From assembly GCF_009914755.1 (NCBI RefSeq), contig NC_060929.1: 64,000 nt of DNA; one strand, 5' to 3'. A model generated the notes under the pieces. The model was not told where the DNA came from. It searched no databases and was given only the letters and a program-made list of their open reading frames with translations. Both the position numbers and the translations under genes were made by a program. Numbering within the stretch: position 1 is the stretch's first letter; every line of letters starts with the position of its first letter. The DNA comes from the human T2T-CHM13v2.0 reference genome, Homo sapiens. Below are positions 12,040 to 26,408 of this stretch, piece after piece.

Positions 12040-15000
12040 TTTTCTTTCTAAATTTTATTTCATTGTGATTAGAACACTCAACCTGAGATCTACCTTCTTA
12101 ACACATTTTTAATTATAGAGTACAGCATTTTATTGACTACAGGTGCAGTGTTATACAGCATATCTTTAGAAAGCATTCATCTTGTTTAACTGATATTTTA
12201 TGACAATTCATTAGTCACTCCCCATTTCCTCATCTCCTTCAGCCCCTGGTATCCTACTCTTTGATTCTATGTGTTTGAGTATTTTAGATGTCTCATGAAA
12301 GTGGAATCATGCAGTATTTGTCTTTCTGTAACTGGCTTATTTCACTTAGCATTATGTTCTCAGGATTCATTCATGTTGTCACATATGAGAATTTTCTTCT
12401 TTTTAAAGGCTGAATAGTATTACCTTGTATATATTACCATATTTTCCTTACCCATTCATCTGTTGTTGGACATTTAGGTTGCTTCTACATCTTGGCCACT
12501 GTGAATAATGCTGCAATAAACATGGGAGTGCTAATGTCTCTTTGAAATCTTAATTTCAATTCTTTTGGCTAAATACCCAGAGAGGAACTGCGGGTTCATA
12601 GAGTAGTTCTATTTGTAATATTTAGAGGAATGTTCACTTCCATGTTCTTTTCCATAGCAGGGGCACCATTTGCATTCCCATCAACAGTGTACAAAGGTCT
12701 CAATTTCTCCACATCTTTTTTTTTTTTTTTTTTTTTTTTTTTGGTGATAGCCCTCCTAATAGGTATGGAGTGATATCTAATCATGGTTTTGATTTACATT
12801 TCTCTGATGATTAGTGATTTTGAGCACTTTTTCCTATATCTGGCCAGTTTGTAAGTCTTCTTTGGAGAAATATCTGTTGTTCAAGTCCTTAGCCCATTTT
12901 TTAATTGGGATGTTAGTTTTTTTACTATTCAGTTGTTGAATTTCCTGATATATTTTGGACATTAACCCTTTATTGGATACATGGTTTCCAAATATTTTCC
13001 CCCATTCTGTAAGTTCCCTTTTCATTTTGTGGATTGTTTCCTTTGTTATACAGAAGATTTTAGTTCAAAGTAGTCCCACTTGTCTAATTTTGCTTTTGTT
13101 GCCTATGTTTTTTGGGGTTGTATCCAAAAAATCATTGACAAGACCAATGTCATGAAGCTTTTCTTCTTTATGTTCTTCTAGGGGTTTTATAGTTTCAGAT
13201 CTCATATTGAAATCTTTAATCCATTTTGAGTTGATTTTTGTGTATGGTGTGAAATAAAGATTCAGTTTCATTCTTTGGCATGTGGACATCCAGTTTTCTA
13301 AACACCATTTGTTGAGGAGATTGTCCTTTCTCCATTGTGTATTCTTGGGCCCGTTGTTGAAGATCAGTTAACTATATGGTGTGAATTTATTTGTGGGCTC
13401 TCTATTCTGTTACATGGGTCTATATGTCTATTTTTATGTCAGTACCATATATACACACCAGGAGCTTTTTTCTTCTTTTTCAAGATCATTTTGGCTATTA
13501 GAAGTCTTTTGTGATTTCATATAAATTTGAGGATTGTTTTTTCTATTTCTGTAAAAAATGTCTTTGGTATTTTGATAGGAATCACATTGACTCTGCACTC
13601 TGTAGATCATTTTGGATAGTATGGGTATTTTAATAACATTAAGTCTTCTAATCCATGAACATAGGGTGTTTTTCCATTTGCTTACATCTTGTTTAATTTC
13701 TTTCATCAATGCTTTTCAGTATATAAGTCTTTGATCTCCTTGATGAAGTTTATTCCTCAATATTTTCTTGGTGCTGTTGTAAATGGGATTGTTTTCCAAA
13801 TATCCTGTTTAGATAGTTCATTGTTAGTGTATAAAAACACAACTGATTTTTGCATGTTGATTTTGTATCCTGCAACTTTATTGAATTCATTTATTAGTTC
13901 TAACAGATTTTTGTTTTAATGGAGTCTTTCGGGTTTTCTATATATAAGATCATGTTGCCTGCAAACAGGGTCAATTTTATTTCCTGCTTTCCAATTTTGA
14001 TGCCTTTTATTTCTTTTTCTTGCTTAATTGCTCTGGTTAAGACCTCTAGTACTATGATAGATAAAAGTGGCAAGAGTGGGCAGCCTTGCCTTGTGTCTCA
14101 TCTCAGTGGAAAAGCTTTCAGTTTTTCACCCTTGAGTATGATATTAGCTGTCATTTCTCATATGTGACCTTTATTATGTTGAGGTATATTCCTTCCATTT
14201 CTAATTTGTTGAGAGTTTTTATATGAAAGAGTGTTGAATTTTGCCAAAATTTTTTTCCTTATCTGTTGAGATGATCATGTGACTTTTATCCTTCAGTCTG
14301 TTAATTGATTTGTGTTTGTTGAGCTATTTTTTCATCTCAGGGATAAATTACACTTGGTCATTGTGTGATCCTTTTAATGCTATTAAATTCAGTTTGCTAG
14401 TATTTTGTTGAAGATACTTTGTGTCTATATTCATCAGGGACTGTAGTTTTCTGTTCTCATGTCTTCATTTGGCTTTGGTATCAGGTTAATGCTGGCCTCA
14501 TAAAATGAGTGTGAAAATGTTTCCTTTTCTGCAATTTTTGAATGGGTTTGAAAACGATTGGTGTTATTTCTTCTTTTAGTGTTTGGTAGAATTCACCAGT
14601 GGAGCCATCTGGTCCTGGGCTTTATTTTTGGGAGGTTTTCAATTACCAGTTCAACCTCCATCCTAGTTACAGATCTGCTCAGATTTTCTCTTTTTTTGTA
14701 ATTTAGTCTTGGTAGGTTGTATGTATCTAGGATTAATCCATTTTATCTGCAAAATTTTCATTTTTTATGTCTATTTGTTCATAGTAGTATTTAACAATTA
14801 TTTTTATTTCTGTAGCATAGGGTATAATGTCTTCACCTTTATTTCTGATCTTATTTGAGTCTTTTTTTAAAGTCTAGCTAAGGGTCTGTCAATTTTGTTT
14901 ATATTTTCACAAAAATAAACCAACTTTGTTTTTTTGACTTTTTCTTTTTTAAAATTTTCTATTTTGTTTACTCTAATTTTCTTTTTTTGAAACAGTTTTG

Positions 15001-15340
15001 CTCTGTCTCCCAGGCTGAAGTGCAGTGGCATGATCTCAGCTCACTGCAACCTCCGTCTCCTGGGTTCAAGCAATCCTCTCACCTCAGCCTCCCAAGCAGC
15101 TAGAATTACAGGTGTGTGCCACCACGACCAGCTAATTTTTTTGTATTTTTAGTAGAGATGGAGTTTTACCATGCTGGTCTAAACTCCTGACCTCAAGTGA
15201 TCGGTCTGCCTTGGCCGCCCAAAGTGCTGGGATTGCAGCCATGAGCCACTGTGCCCAGCTGTCTACTCTAATTTTTGCAATTTCTTTCCTTTTGCTAACT
15301 TTGAGGTTTGGGTTCTTTTTTTCCTAGTTCCTTGAGGTCA
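12040..15340 (-). mobile_element. Truncated L1MA (L1MA8/9-like), about 3 kb, interrupted by an Alu
   Basis: Antisense 3'UTR, then ORF2 fragments (MRYH..., [30 protein letters not shown]); internal poly-T at 12715-12742. Confidence 0.9.
14981..15260 (-). mobile_element. AluS (Sx/Sz-like)
   Basis: Dimeric Alu; TSD gtttactctaatttt (14966-14980) / gtctactctaatttt (15261-15275). Confidence 0.95.
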
Positions 15341-15487
15341 TTTGTGAAACCTCGTAATTCAGCAAATGTTCTAGGGGTTTCTGTGGTTCAAGGTGGTCAT
15401 GGCATCTATTTAGATTTCCGTTTTTACAATATTCAAACTGTGAAATAATTATTTAAATGAGTTTTCAACTTAAAAATAGAATACACG

Positions 15488-15785
15488 GGCTGGGCAGAGT
15501 GGTTCACACCTGTAATCCCAGCACTTTGGGAGGCTGAGGCAGGAGGATCACTTGAGGCCAGGAGTTTGAGACCAGCCTGGCCAACATAGAGAGACCCTAT
15601 CTCTAAAAAGAAAATTTAAAAATTAGCTGGGTGTGGTGGCGTGTGCATGGGGCCTCAGATGCTTGGGGGACTGAGGTGGGAGGATCACCTGAACCCAGGA
15701 AGTTGAGGCTGCAGTGAGCTGTGATCATGTCATTGCACTCTATTCTGGGTGACAGAGCAAGACCTCATCTCAAAAAAAAAAAAAA
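15488..15785 (+). mobile_element. AluJ
   Basis: AluJ diagnostics (gaggatcacttgaggccaggagtttgag, gttgaggctgcagtgagctgtgatc); poly-A; TSD agaatacac/agaatacat. Confidence 0.95.
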
Positions 15786-15900
15786 GAATACATAGTGATT
15801 AATGAAGATTGGATGATTACACTAATCAGTTCATAACCCAACTGAACATCTCTGGTCAGCATGGTGATTTTAACAACTCTATTTTTTTGAAAAAAGGAAA

Positions 15901-16315
15901 TATACTATTATTTTTGTTTTGTGTTGTAATAAAGGAATACCAAATGCTGGGTAATTTGTAAAGAAAAGAGTTCATTTGGCTTATAGTTCTGATGGTTTGA
16001 AAAGTTTGTGATTGGACATCTGTATCTGATGAGTGCCTCAGGCTGCTTCTACTTATAGTGGAAGAAGAAGGGGAGCTGTGTGTACAAAGATCACATGGTG
16101 AGAGAGGAAACAAGAGGTGGGGAGGAGCCAGCTCTTTTTAACAACCAACTCTCAAGGGAACTAATAGAGTGAGAACTCACTCCCAAGGAGCAAATTAATC
16201 TACTCAGGGAGGATCTGCCCCCAGGACCCAAACACCTCCCATTAGGGCCACATCCAACATTGAGGATCAAATTTCAACATGAAGCTTGAAGGAGACAAAT
16301 ATCGAAACCATAGCG
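15901..16315 (-). mobile_element. MSTB-like solo LTR
   Basis: aggaatacc...ctgggtaatttgtaaagaaaagag...ggatcaaatttcaacatga...aaaccatagc. Confidence 0.85.
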
Positions 16316-18420
16316 ACTATATAAACAAATGAGTATAGAAAAGTCATTATTATCTGTTTTCAAATAGTATCAAATGGACACAAGAGTACTTGCCACCAAG
16401 GTTATGAAATAGAATGTTAACATTCTTAATAGAACATTAATATTTTTTTAAGATACAAGTATGCCCCCCTCCAATCACATCTCCTTTCCTATCTGTCTTA
16501 TCAGAGAATAAGCACTATTCTAAGTTTTGTGTAAATTACTCATTGTAATTAAAAATAATTTAAACAATTTAACATACATATGTGTATGTCTATATATGTA
16601 CATGTACACATTTATGTACATACATTCATACTTAAACATATACATACTTCTACATGTGCATATATATTCTTAAATATTGTTCAATTTACCTATTTTTGAA
16701 TTCTTTAGGAATAAAAACAAGCTTCACGTATTTTTCTATGACTTGCTTTTTTCCTTTACATAATGTGATATTTTTGAGATTCAATCATGTTTATGCTGAA
16801 AAAGCTCATTTGTTTTCACTGTTGTTCTACTAGATGAATTATGATATATTTGTATATTATACTACTAATGGATATTTATATCTTTGCTTTCTTTATGAAC
16901 ATTCTTGTGCCTGGCTTCTAGTGTTTATGTACAAGTATTTCCCTTTTATTTGGGAGTGAAGTAGCCAGGTCATAGGATAAGTGCATATACAACCCTTTAG
17001 GGTAGTGCAATGCTATTTTCCAGAATGCTTGTAGTATTTTTACTCTCAACGTTATGGATGAGAGGTCACATAATTACATATATTCACCTATACTTTTTAT
17101 TGACCAACTGTCTAATTTTTACCAGTCAAGTATGAAATATTATCTGATAGTGGTTTGTGCTGCTTCTTATATGCAGGGATATCATTTGCCTTTTTTTGGT
17201 GAGGGGAGGCTGTGTTATTTGCTTTTTTCTTATTGATTCATCGAAGTCATTAATACTAGTCTTATTTTGTTTGTATAACGTTCAAATAATATTATTCAGT
17301 GTTTGGCTTGTCTTTTTACTCTTTCTGTGGTATCTTTTGAAGATTTAAAGTTCTAAATTTTAATACAGTAAAATTTATTAATATTTTTCTGTGTGGATTA
17401 GGCCTTTTGTTTCTTAATAAATGTTTCCCTAAAGCACATATATATATATTCCCCTATTTTTAATTATAGTACCGTGTAGTCTGTAGGGTTTTTTTCATGT
17501 TAAATCTTAAATCCACATGGAATTGATTTTATACATTGTTCCCAACTGTTTCAGCACTGTTTGCTGTTATAATCCATTATTTTCTCCCTTATCTGTAGGT
17601 CACAATTATTTTTTCATAAATCATTTACATTTTACATGGGCTTGTTTCTGGCTTTTCTGATATATTGTATTCTATTGATTCTATTTATTCAACCTTGTGT
17701 TGGGACTCACTATCTTAACTGTAGATTTATAATATGCCTTCGTGGCTGGCAGAAGTGTATTGGCTAATTTGGGTCTTATCTCTTTCATATTAATTTTAGG
17801 ATCAGGTTGGCAATTTTCAAGAAACAATCTATCAAGATGGATCATAACTGCTATGAATTTATTTAGAGAGTACTGATAATTTTATGATATTGAGTCCTTC
17901 TATCAAGGTCATGGTGCTTATATCTTTTCATTTGTCTACTGTCTTTTACAAAATTTTATATTTTTTATCAGGCCTTGAGTATTTTTGTTAGAATTATTCC
18001 TAAGTACACCATGTTACTGTTATTGGGATTAATACCTAATACTTAAAGTTACCTTTTTAAAATGATTATTGCTGGAATATAAACATGCCAATAGTTTTGG
18101 TACGTTGCTTTTGTATTAAGCAAACTAACTAAACTCTCTTATTTACTCTAATAAGTTATCCTTAGATTTTTGAATTTTGTACGTAGACAATTTTACAATC
18201 TGCAAATAATGATAGCTTTGTTTTTATATCTCTAATCCTTCTTCTTGTTTTACTGTCTAGACTTTTTAGAACCTCCATATAATTAGTGATATATAGAATC
18301 TTTACATTGTTGCCAGTCTTAAAGGAAATGCTTTTAACATTTAATCGTTAATAATTATGTTTGCTGTGTCTTGTTTTGTTTTTTACTTGTTTGTCTTTTT
18401 GTAGATGTCTTTTAATGAGT

Positions 18421-18806
18421 TGTATCAATTTGCTAGTGCTGCCAAAACAAAGTTTCACAGGCTGGATGACTTAAACAACAGGAATTTGTTTTCTTATTGT
18501 TCTGGAGTGGAGATGTTCAAGATCAAGGTGTTGACAGGGTTAATTTTATTCTGTGGCCTCTCTCCTTGGCTTGTAGAAGACCATCTTCCTGCTAGTATCC
18601 TCAGTCTGTACTCTGTATGTGTCTATGTCTTAATCTCTTCTTATAAAGACACCAGTCATATTGGATTAGGGCCTGTCCTAAAGACCACATTTTAACTTAA
18701 TTACTTCTTTAAATTATTAATTTCCAAATATGGTTACATTCTGAGGTCCTGGAGGTTAGGACTTCAACATACAAATTCAAGACGGAATACAAGTCAACCT
18801 GTAACA
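18421..18806 (-). mobile_element. MLT1A/MLT1B solo LTR
   Basis: tgtatcaatttgctagtgctgcc...cttataaagacaccagtcatattggattaggg...caacctgtaaca. Confidence 0.88.
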
Positions 18807-18979
18807 AAGGTTAATAGCATATGAGCTGGAATTCTGAAGAGTATTGAATGAAAGAAAATTTATATAGGCATAGACAGAGCTAGGGCAATGAATAGCGTAT
18901 GGTAAAGCACGTAATAGGAAGCTGTTTATCTTTTCTAGACCTGCTGTTACTATACTAGTGAGAGCTGGACTTGGAACAA

Positions 18980-19215
18980 GGGACTGTCTAGTAGGAGTTG
19001 TAGTTATATAGCCTGAGCTGCAGCATTCATCAGGGAAGGGAGGAAATACCCTGACTTTCTTCTCATCTCTTCCCACCCTTGAATTTCTTGCTCACATGCA
19101 GCTAAGGGTAAGGCACCTAAGTGATGCAGCCCTTAGGGGTTGGACTCCCAGATGCCAGATCAAGGGAGAGGTAGGCAGAGGATAGATCTGCAAGGCAAAA
19201 AGGAAATAAAGAGCA
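18980..19215 (-). mobile_element. Possible ERVL-class LTR fragment (LTR41-like)
   Basis: Ends gatagatctgcaaggcaaaaaggaaataaagagcac, resembling a recalled antisense LTR41 terminus. Confidence 0.35.
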
Positions 19216-20897
19216 CCTCTCCAATTCCTAATGTGCTGAGAGATTTTATTGCAAATGAATTTTCATTTTATTGAATGCTTTTTAAAATATCTTTAAAAAA
19301 TAACCATTTAATACAGTGAATTACAAATAATTTAACATAGTGAATTACAAATAATTAGTTTCCTGTTTTCCTAGGACAAATCCCAATTGGTCATGAAAAA
19401 TTATCTTTCATATTATTACTGGTTTTGGTGTGCTGATATTTTACGCAGAATTTTCCCACCTGTATTCATGAGTGAGACTGGCCTTGTAATTTTCTTTCTT
19501 GTACTACTCTTTGAATTTGATGACAAGGTTAGGTTGGCCTCATAACATGATTTGGGGGATTTTGTTTTTCTTTTTTATTTTCAGGAAGATTTTGTGTAAG
19601 CCTGGAATTATCTGTCTCTTGAATGACAGGACTGGCAGTAAAGCTATGTGGACCTAGTAATTTTGTGTGTGTGAGAAAGATTTTACCTACCAATCAATTT
19701 TTTTTACACATTGTAGAAATATTTCTTTTTAAATGAATTTCAATAAGTTGTATTTTTTTCAAAAAATTTATCCATTTCAGCCAAAGTTAATCCATTTCTG
19801 ACAAAAGTCTTTCACTATGTTCTTTTATTTTCTGTTAATTTCTATAGCACCTTTTATCATGTCCCTTTTTTCATTTCTAACACTGTTTACTTGTGCTTAA
19901 CCTTTTTTTTTCTTCTCTTAATTAATATTTCCAAAGTTTGTCTCTTTTACTGGGCTTTTAAAGATTCAATTTCTGGCATTGCTGATATCGCTGTTATGTC
20001 TGTGTTTTTAATTTCACTAATTTCTGGTCTTACCTCTAATTTTTATTTCCCTCTTTCTTTGGATATATTCTCCTGTGTTTTTTTCTGTAAACTATTTTAT
20101 GAGATGTTTGTAACTCATTAATTTTGAGAATTCGTTTCTGATGTGAACATATAGGCTGTAAGTTTCTCTCTCCAAGTGCAGCTTTAGGTTTAATGAACAC
20201 ATTTTTCTGTTTGTGATTTTTTTAAAAATTATTTTTAGATGTTACTAAGATGTCTTTTTAAATATCAATTAAATAGAATTATGTGTGTTTTTCAAATTTC
20301 CAAATAAAGGTTATTATTTGTTAGTTAATTTTTTATTGATTTTTTAATTCAATTGCCTTGTAGCGAGAAAATGTGATCTGTGGAATAGCCAATCTTTAGA
20401 ATTTATTAATATTACCTGTATAGTCTAACATATGGCTAATTTTTGTAAGTGTTCAATATATGCTTAAGAAAAATGTGTATTCTCAAATTGTTGGGTACAA
20501 CAAATTAGTTGAGATTTAAAATTTTTCTTTTAAATAATCTATATCTTTTAGATTTTTTTGTCTGCTTGATCTTTAGATTGCTAATATAAATGTTTTCAAA
20601 TCTCTTGTTATGTTTGTGAATTTGTCAATATCTTTAGCTCAGGAACATGTCGCTCTGCATATTTTGAATTTATATCCTTATGTACACACAAACTTAGGAA
20701 TTTTACATCATGTTTCAGTGAATGTCTTTATTTATAGCAATGCTTTTTTGCCTTGAGGTCCATTTTGTATAATTATTCAGTTAATTATTACCTGGCAATT
20801 TTTTTCATCCTTGAACCTTTAATATTTCTGTTTCCTTAAATAATAGGTGTGTCTCTTATTAATAACATGCAGCTGAATTTCTAAAACCATTTACTTG

Positions 20898-21772
20898 AGG
20901 CCTTTGAGGAATCGTCACACTGTCTTTCACAATGGCTGAACTAATTTACACCCCCACCAACAGTGTGTAAGCATTCCTTTTTCTCCACAACCTCACGAGC
21001 ATCTGTTATTTTTGGCCTTTTTGATAATAACCATTCTGACTGGTGTGAGATGGAATCTCTTTGTGGTTTCAATTTGCATTTCTCTAATGATCAGTGATGT
21101 TGAGCTTTTATTCATATAATTGTTGCCTCCATGCATGTCTTCTTTTGAAAAGTGTTCGTTCATGTCCTTTGCCCACTTTTTATGGGATGGTTTGTTTTTT
21201 CTTGAAAATTTGTTTAAGTTCCTTATAGATGCTGCATATTAGACCTCTGGCAGATGTATAGTTTGTGAAAATTTTCTCCTGCTCTGTAGGTTGTCTGTTT
21301 ACTCTGTTGATGGTTTCCTTTGCTGTGAAGAAGCAGCACTATTCACAATACCAAAGACATGGAATCAACCTAAATGTCCATCAATAGTAGACTGGATAAA
21401 GAAAATGTGGTACACCATGGAATACTATGCAGCCATAATAAAGAACAAGATCATGTCCTTTGCAAGGATATGGATGGAACTGGAGGCCATTAACCTTAGC
21501 AAACTAGCACAGGAACAGAAAACCAAATACTGCATGTCCTCACTTATAAGCTACATGATGAGAACACATGAACACATAGAGGGGAACAACACACACTGGG
21601 GCCTTTTGGAGGGTGGAGGGTGGGAGGAGGGAGAGGATCAAGAAAAAGAACTAATGGATACTGGGCTTGATGCTTGGGTGATGAAATAATCTATACAGTA
21701 AACCCCCATGACACAAATTTACCTATGTAACAAACCTGCACCTGTATCCCTGAACTTAAAAGAAAAAAAAAA
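20898..21772 (+). mobile_element. 5'-inverted, truncated L1PA13-16-like insertion
   Basis: Antisense ORF2 20898-21334, then sense ORF2 end, 3'UTR and poly-A 21333-21772; degenerate TSD aaaaccatttactt / aaaacccacttact. Confidence 0.9.
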
Positions 21773-21789
21773 CCCACTTACTGAAATTT

Positions 21790-22870
21790 AATCTACATTC
21801 TACATACAGTAATATGCATAAATCATAGATATGTCACTTAATGAATCTTTACCTACTGGATTCAGTTGTGTAACCAAAACATTGATGGAGAAAGAAAATC
21901 TCACTACCTCCCAGATTCCCGTCCTTCTAGTTTCTACATTTTCTTCCTCCTCCTTCCTCCCTCCCTATTTCCTCTTCCTTCCTCCTCCCTACACCATCTT
22001 TATCTCTAAACTATGAATTTGTTTTGCCTGTTTGTTGTGCTTCATGTAAATGGAATCATACACTAGGTTGTCTTTTGTGTCTACCTTCTTTCACTCAACA
22101 TGATGTTTAAGAGACTCACCCATATTGTTGCATGTAGTTGTAGATTTTTCATTCTCATTGCTGCATAGAATTCTCTTGTATAAAATAAACAATAATTTAT
22201 TTTTCCATTGTACTGTGGAATAGGTGTTTGAGAAGTTTCCAGTTTTTGGCTATTTTGCATACACTACTCAGAACACTTGAGTACATGACTTTCTATCAAG
22301 TAGAATTTCTGTTGGGTACATATGAGGAGTTAACTTGTATTATTTCTTTTGAATACTTATATAATGGAGTCAATTTCTATCAGCTTACCAGGTGTCTCCT
22401 ACTTGTATCACTTTTTTTCTAATTTTCCCCCCACTCCTTCCTTGCCTTGTTTTCAATTCAGTTCCCCCCCACCTCTCACACCTCTGCCTCCAACTCCACA
22501 CATTTTCTTTCCTCTGTTTGTTTGGAATTTATATGTTCTATATTCACCCTTTATTTGGTTACCTTGGCTACTTTAACCAGGTTAATACTTACTCAATACA
22601 ATAAAGTCTGTCTTTACCTTTCTTTTGAGTAATATAAACACAAACTCTCATGATCTCCCTATGCAATTTACAAACTCCTACTGTGAAGTATTTTCATTTT
22701 GGCCTGTGTTTTATCTACTGTGTATTAGATATTTTTATTGGTTTGTGTGCTGTCAATAATTGCTTGGTATTATCCATATATCTTTGTTTATTGTTTCTTT
22801 CTTTCCTTTTTGTATCACAGACTTTCCTTCTAGCATAATTTCCTTGACCTTAAAATGCATTCCTTAAGAT
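21790..22870 (-). mobile_element. Old L1ME fragments
   Basis: atgtaaatggaatcatacac...ttcactcaacatgatgtttaagagactcacccatattgttgcatgtag, antisense L1ME 3' end. Confidence 0.65.
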
Positions 22871-22890
22871 TTCTGTAAAGAAGTCTTTCT

Positions 22891-23154
22891 AGGCCGAGTT
22901 GGGTGGATCACGAGGTCAGGAGATCGAGACCATCCTGGCTAACACAGTGAAACCCCGTCTCTACTAAAAATACAAAAAATTAGCCGGGCAAGGTGGCAGG
23001 CGCCTGTAGTCCCAGCTACTCGGGAGGCTGAGGCGGGAGGCTGGGGCAGGCGAATGGCGTGAACCCTAAGGGGGCGGAGCCTGCAGTGAGCCGAGATCGC
23101 GCCAGTGCACTCCAGCCTGGGCAACAGCGAGACTCCGTCTCAAAAAAAAAAAAA
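22891..23154 (+). mobile_element. 5'-truncated AluY (AluYe5-like)
   Basis: Starts at aggccgag; has ggggcggagcctgcag and ggcaacagcgagactcc; TSD aaagaagtctttct at 22877-22890 and 23152-23165. Confidence 0.92.
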
Positions 23155-23289
23155 GAAGTCTTTCTGCGGTGAACTCCCTAGCTTAATGATTGTGTGAAAA
23201 TGCCATTATTTTCCTCTCATTTCTGAAAGTTAAATTTGCTGGGTGTCTGGTTCTTGTTTGCCAAGAATTTTGTCACAGCAGTTGAAATA

Positions 23290-23515
23290 ACTCAGGGACA
23301 TATGTTAGGATATTATCTTTAGTTTTTACAGGGAAAGCAACTATCTTTGGACTTCAACTTTTGTGACTACTGTTTTAGGCTATTACCTTCTTGCTTAACA
23401 AGTTACTTATTTACTTTTTAGGGGCTACTTAGCTATCTGGATTTTTTTTTTGAAGGAACTCAGGATTTTCTTTTTTTTCTATAGGCCCCTAAAGAGGGGT
23501 GTTTCTGTTCCATCT
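23290..23515 (-). mobile_element. ERV1-class LTR fragment
   Basis: gaaggaactcaggattttc...aggcccctaaagagggg resembles a recalled ERV1 LTR terminus; family uncertain. Confidence 0.5.
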
Positions 23516-24518
23516 TAATCATAAAACATAAATTTAAAACACAATTTATGTGAAAGCCATCTTGAAAAACTAAATTCTTTTTGGAGATTTCTTCTTCATC
23601 TGGAACTCAATTTGAGAAAGGCAAGTTCCCACACTGTCCTCTTTTGAATGTCTACATTTATTTCTTGTTTCACTCAACACTGAGAGTGTCACCCTTTGAG
23701 GTTCCAGGCTTATGTGAAACTCTTTTCTTAGATTCAGTTAAGTTTTCCCATCTTCTGTACCCTGTACATGGTGCAGATAATCAAGCCCAAGGGGAAACCC
23801 TAAGTCTCTGTGGTGTGAATGAGTTTTCTCTGTGCAGCAGGCAGGAGGAAACTGTCTATAATTAAATTAGGGTAGCATTTTTTCTCAATATCAATGCAAT
23901 GAAATGACTGAATTTAAACCTGTACTTTTATACCTGATACCAAAACCAAATATTCAAATGTTCTTTGAAATGAACTTGTCAATAAATGATGTATTTATCT
24001 TCATTGGTTTAAAGCACATTAATGCATCTGCCTATCTAATTATCTGTGGAAAGTCATTTTTAATGTCCTTATATATTATATAGGTCAATTAGGTAATCTT
24101 TTAAAATCTGGAATATTTTTATTTAATCACATTGAATAATTTTCATTGTAAAAAGACATGATTCAAACAATTTGTAATATGGTTCACAGGATTATGTAGA
24201 GCAATGAAACGTGTCTGAGAACTAAAACAGGGTTGAACATTGCTGTACTTGACAGTCCCCAGCTGAACCAGTTAGAACTTTTCTCTGACAGGCAGAAATT
24301 GAGAAGCAGGGCCAGGCATGTATCCAGTCAGAAGAAGCAGGAGGGGTGGGGAGAGTCACAGAGTCATCCCAAAGGTGGAAAATGAAACTGCCTTCTGTGC
24401 ATGCCCGCAATGAGAGAACTCAGTCAACAAGACAACTCAGTTGCTAGAACTGCATGGATTGCACTGTATCTTGATAAATTCTCCTGTTCCCCCAAAACTT
24501 TATTTTCCATGTGGGTGA

Positions 24519-24880
<362 letters not shown>

Positions 24881-24943
24881 CCTTATTTCTAATCTTTACA
24901 ATAGACCACCATTACTTTAATTTAACCCAAATGTGTCTTTCTT

Positions 24944-25264
<321 letters not shown>

Positions 25265-25760
25265 CAAACGTGTCTTTCTTTTTTGTAAATTTAAGAATAG
25301 TTCAGGAGAGGTTAAAAGAATGAGATTTATGTAGAAAGTTTAAAAGAATCCAGAGAAAAGAAAAGTCATGAGAAAACAGGATTGCTGGCAGCCTGTATTG
25401 TTTAGTGCATTACTTAATATATTGCTTAGCCAAAAGGAAGGACATTTCTTTGGGAATACCAGGCACTTGACATGAAAATGTTGTTAACCTGGACAACAGA
25501 GTTGTCTTCTTAAGCCAAAATGATGTTTAATAAGACCCAAAGGGAGGAGAAAGACCTATTAAGTCTTCTACCCAAACAGCACCGTGCAGTAGCAATTGCT
25601 TCCAGCTTTCTGTATGTGATCCAGATTTACTAAAACTTTTCATATCTCTGTCATGTAAATATAGTCTGTTAAAGCTGCCTGCCTGAACTGTTTTTTCACC
25701 TCTTTCCAAATCCTCTGTGAAATATTCAGCTGTTTGCCAATGTGGAGATCAGCTAGGCTC

Positions 25761-26408
25761 TGTTGGGGCTCAGAAAGCAGTACCCCAAAGACAGGGACTT
25801 TGACATCCTGAGAGACCTTAGAAGCTGCCTCAGAATCGAGGTCACTGTAACCTTGTCTCGCCTCCCCAACTTCTCCACTAAGCACTGAGACAGATTTTCT
25901 GGAATTTCCTAATGTGAAATTTCCTTATCCTTATTTCCAAAAGAAATGGAATTGTCTTAAGACCCCCTCCCTAGGGATCTCATCGAATAACCGGTAAAGG
26001 TCAACCACCAGAGAAGAGAAGAGACTGGGAGTAACCACCACACCCAGATGGAATTTTCATCTGTTCTCCAAGAGATTACCTGACACATTTTATCTGCACA
26101 ATAAGACAACCCTTGTTCCTGTGTAAGTCTGCCCCTCGCCTTCCCATAACGTCTGTTTCCCACTTCTTAGATCCATACATCTGTCCTTCTTTGAAGAGAG
26201 TATTTAAGCATCAACCAACTGACCCTCTTTGTATTCACATTTTGTATAACTTCTGTGCCCAGGTATGCACATATTCATGATAAATTTGCTATGCTTTTCC
26301 CTTGTTAACCTGTGGGTGTTTTTGTTTGTTTGTTTGTTTGTTTTTGCTATAGTGGTGTCAGCCATGACTCTTTGCCATAGGGAGAAAAGAGATCATTCCC
26401 TTTCCACT
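25761..26408 (+). mobile_element. ERV1 solo LTR, MER34/MER39-like
   Basis: Starts tgttggggctcagaaagcagtaccccaaag; TATA-like tatttaagc and a typical U5 (atgcttttcccttgttaacctg...ggtgtcagccatgac). Confidence 0.75.

Larger units (their letters stand above)
16440..20890 (-). mobile_element. Highly diverged L1ME/L1M5-type element, interrupted by LTRs
   Basis: T-rich antisense L1 3'UTR and ORF2 remnants (acaatctgcaaataatgatagcttt; cttaaaggaaatgcttttaacattt; ggttggcctcataa). Confidence 0.65.

Noticed and set aside
19308-19355. 24-bp tandem duplication
   Set aside because: AT-rich slippage inside a decayed L1; unremarkable.
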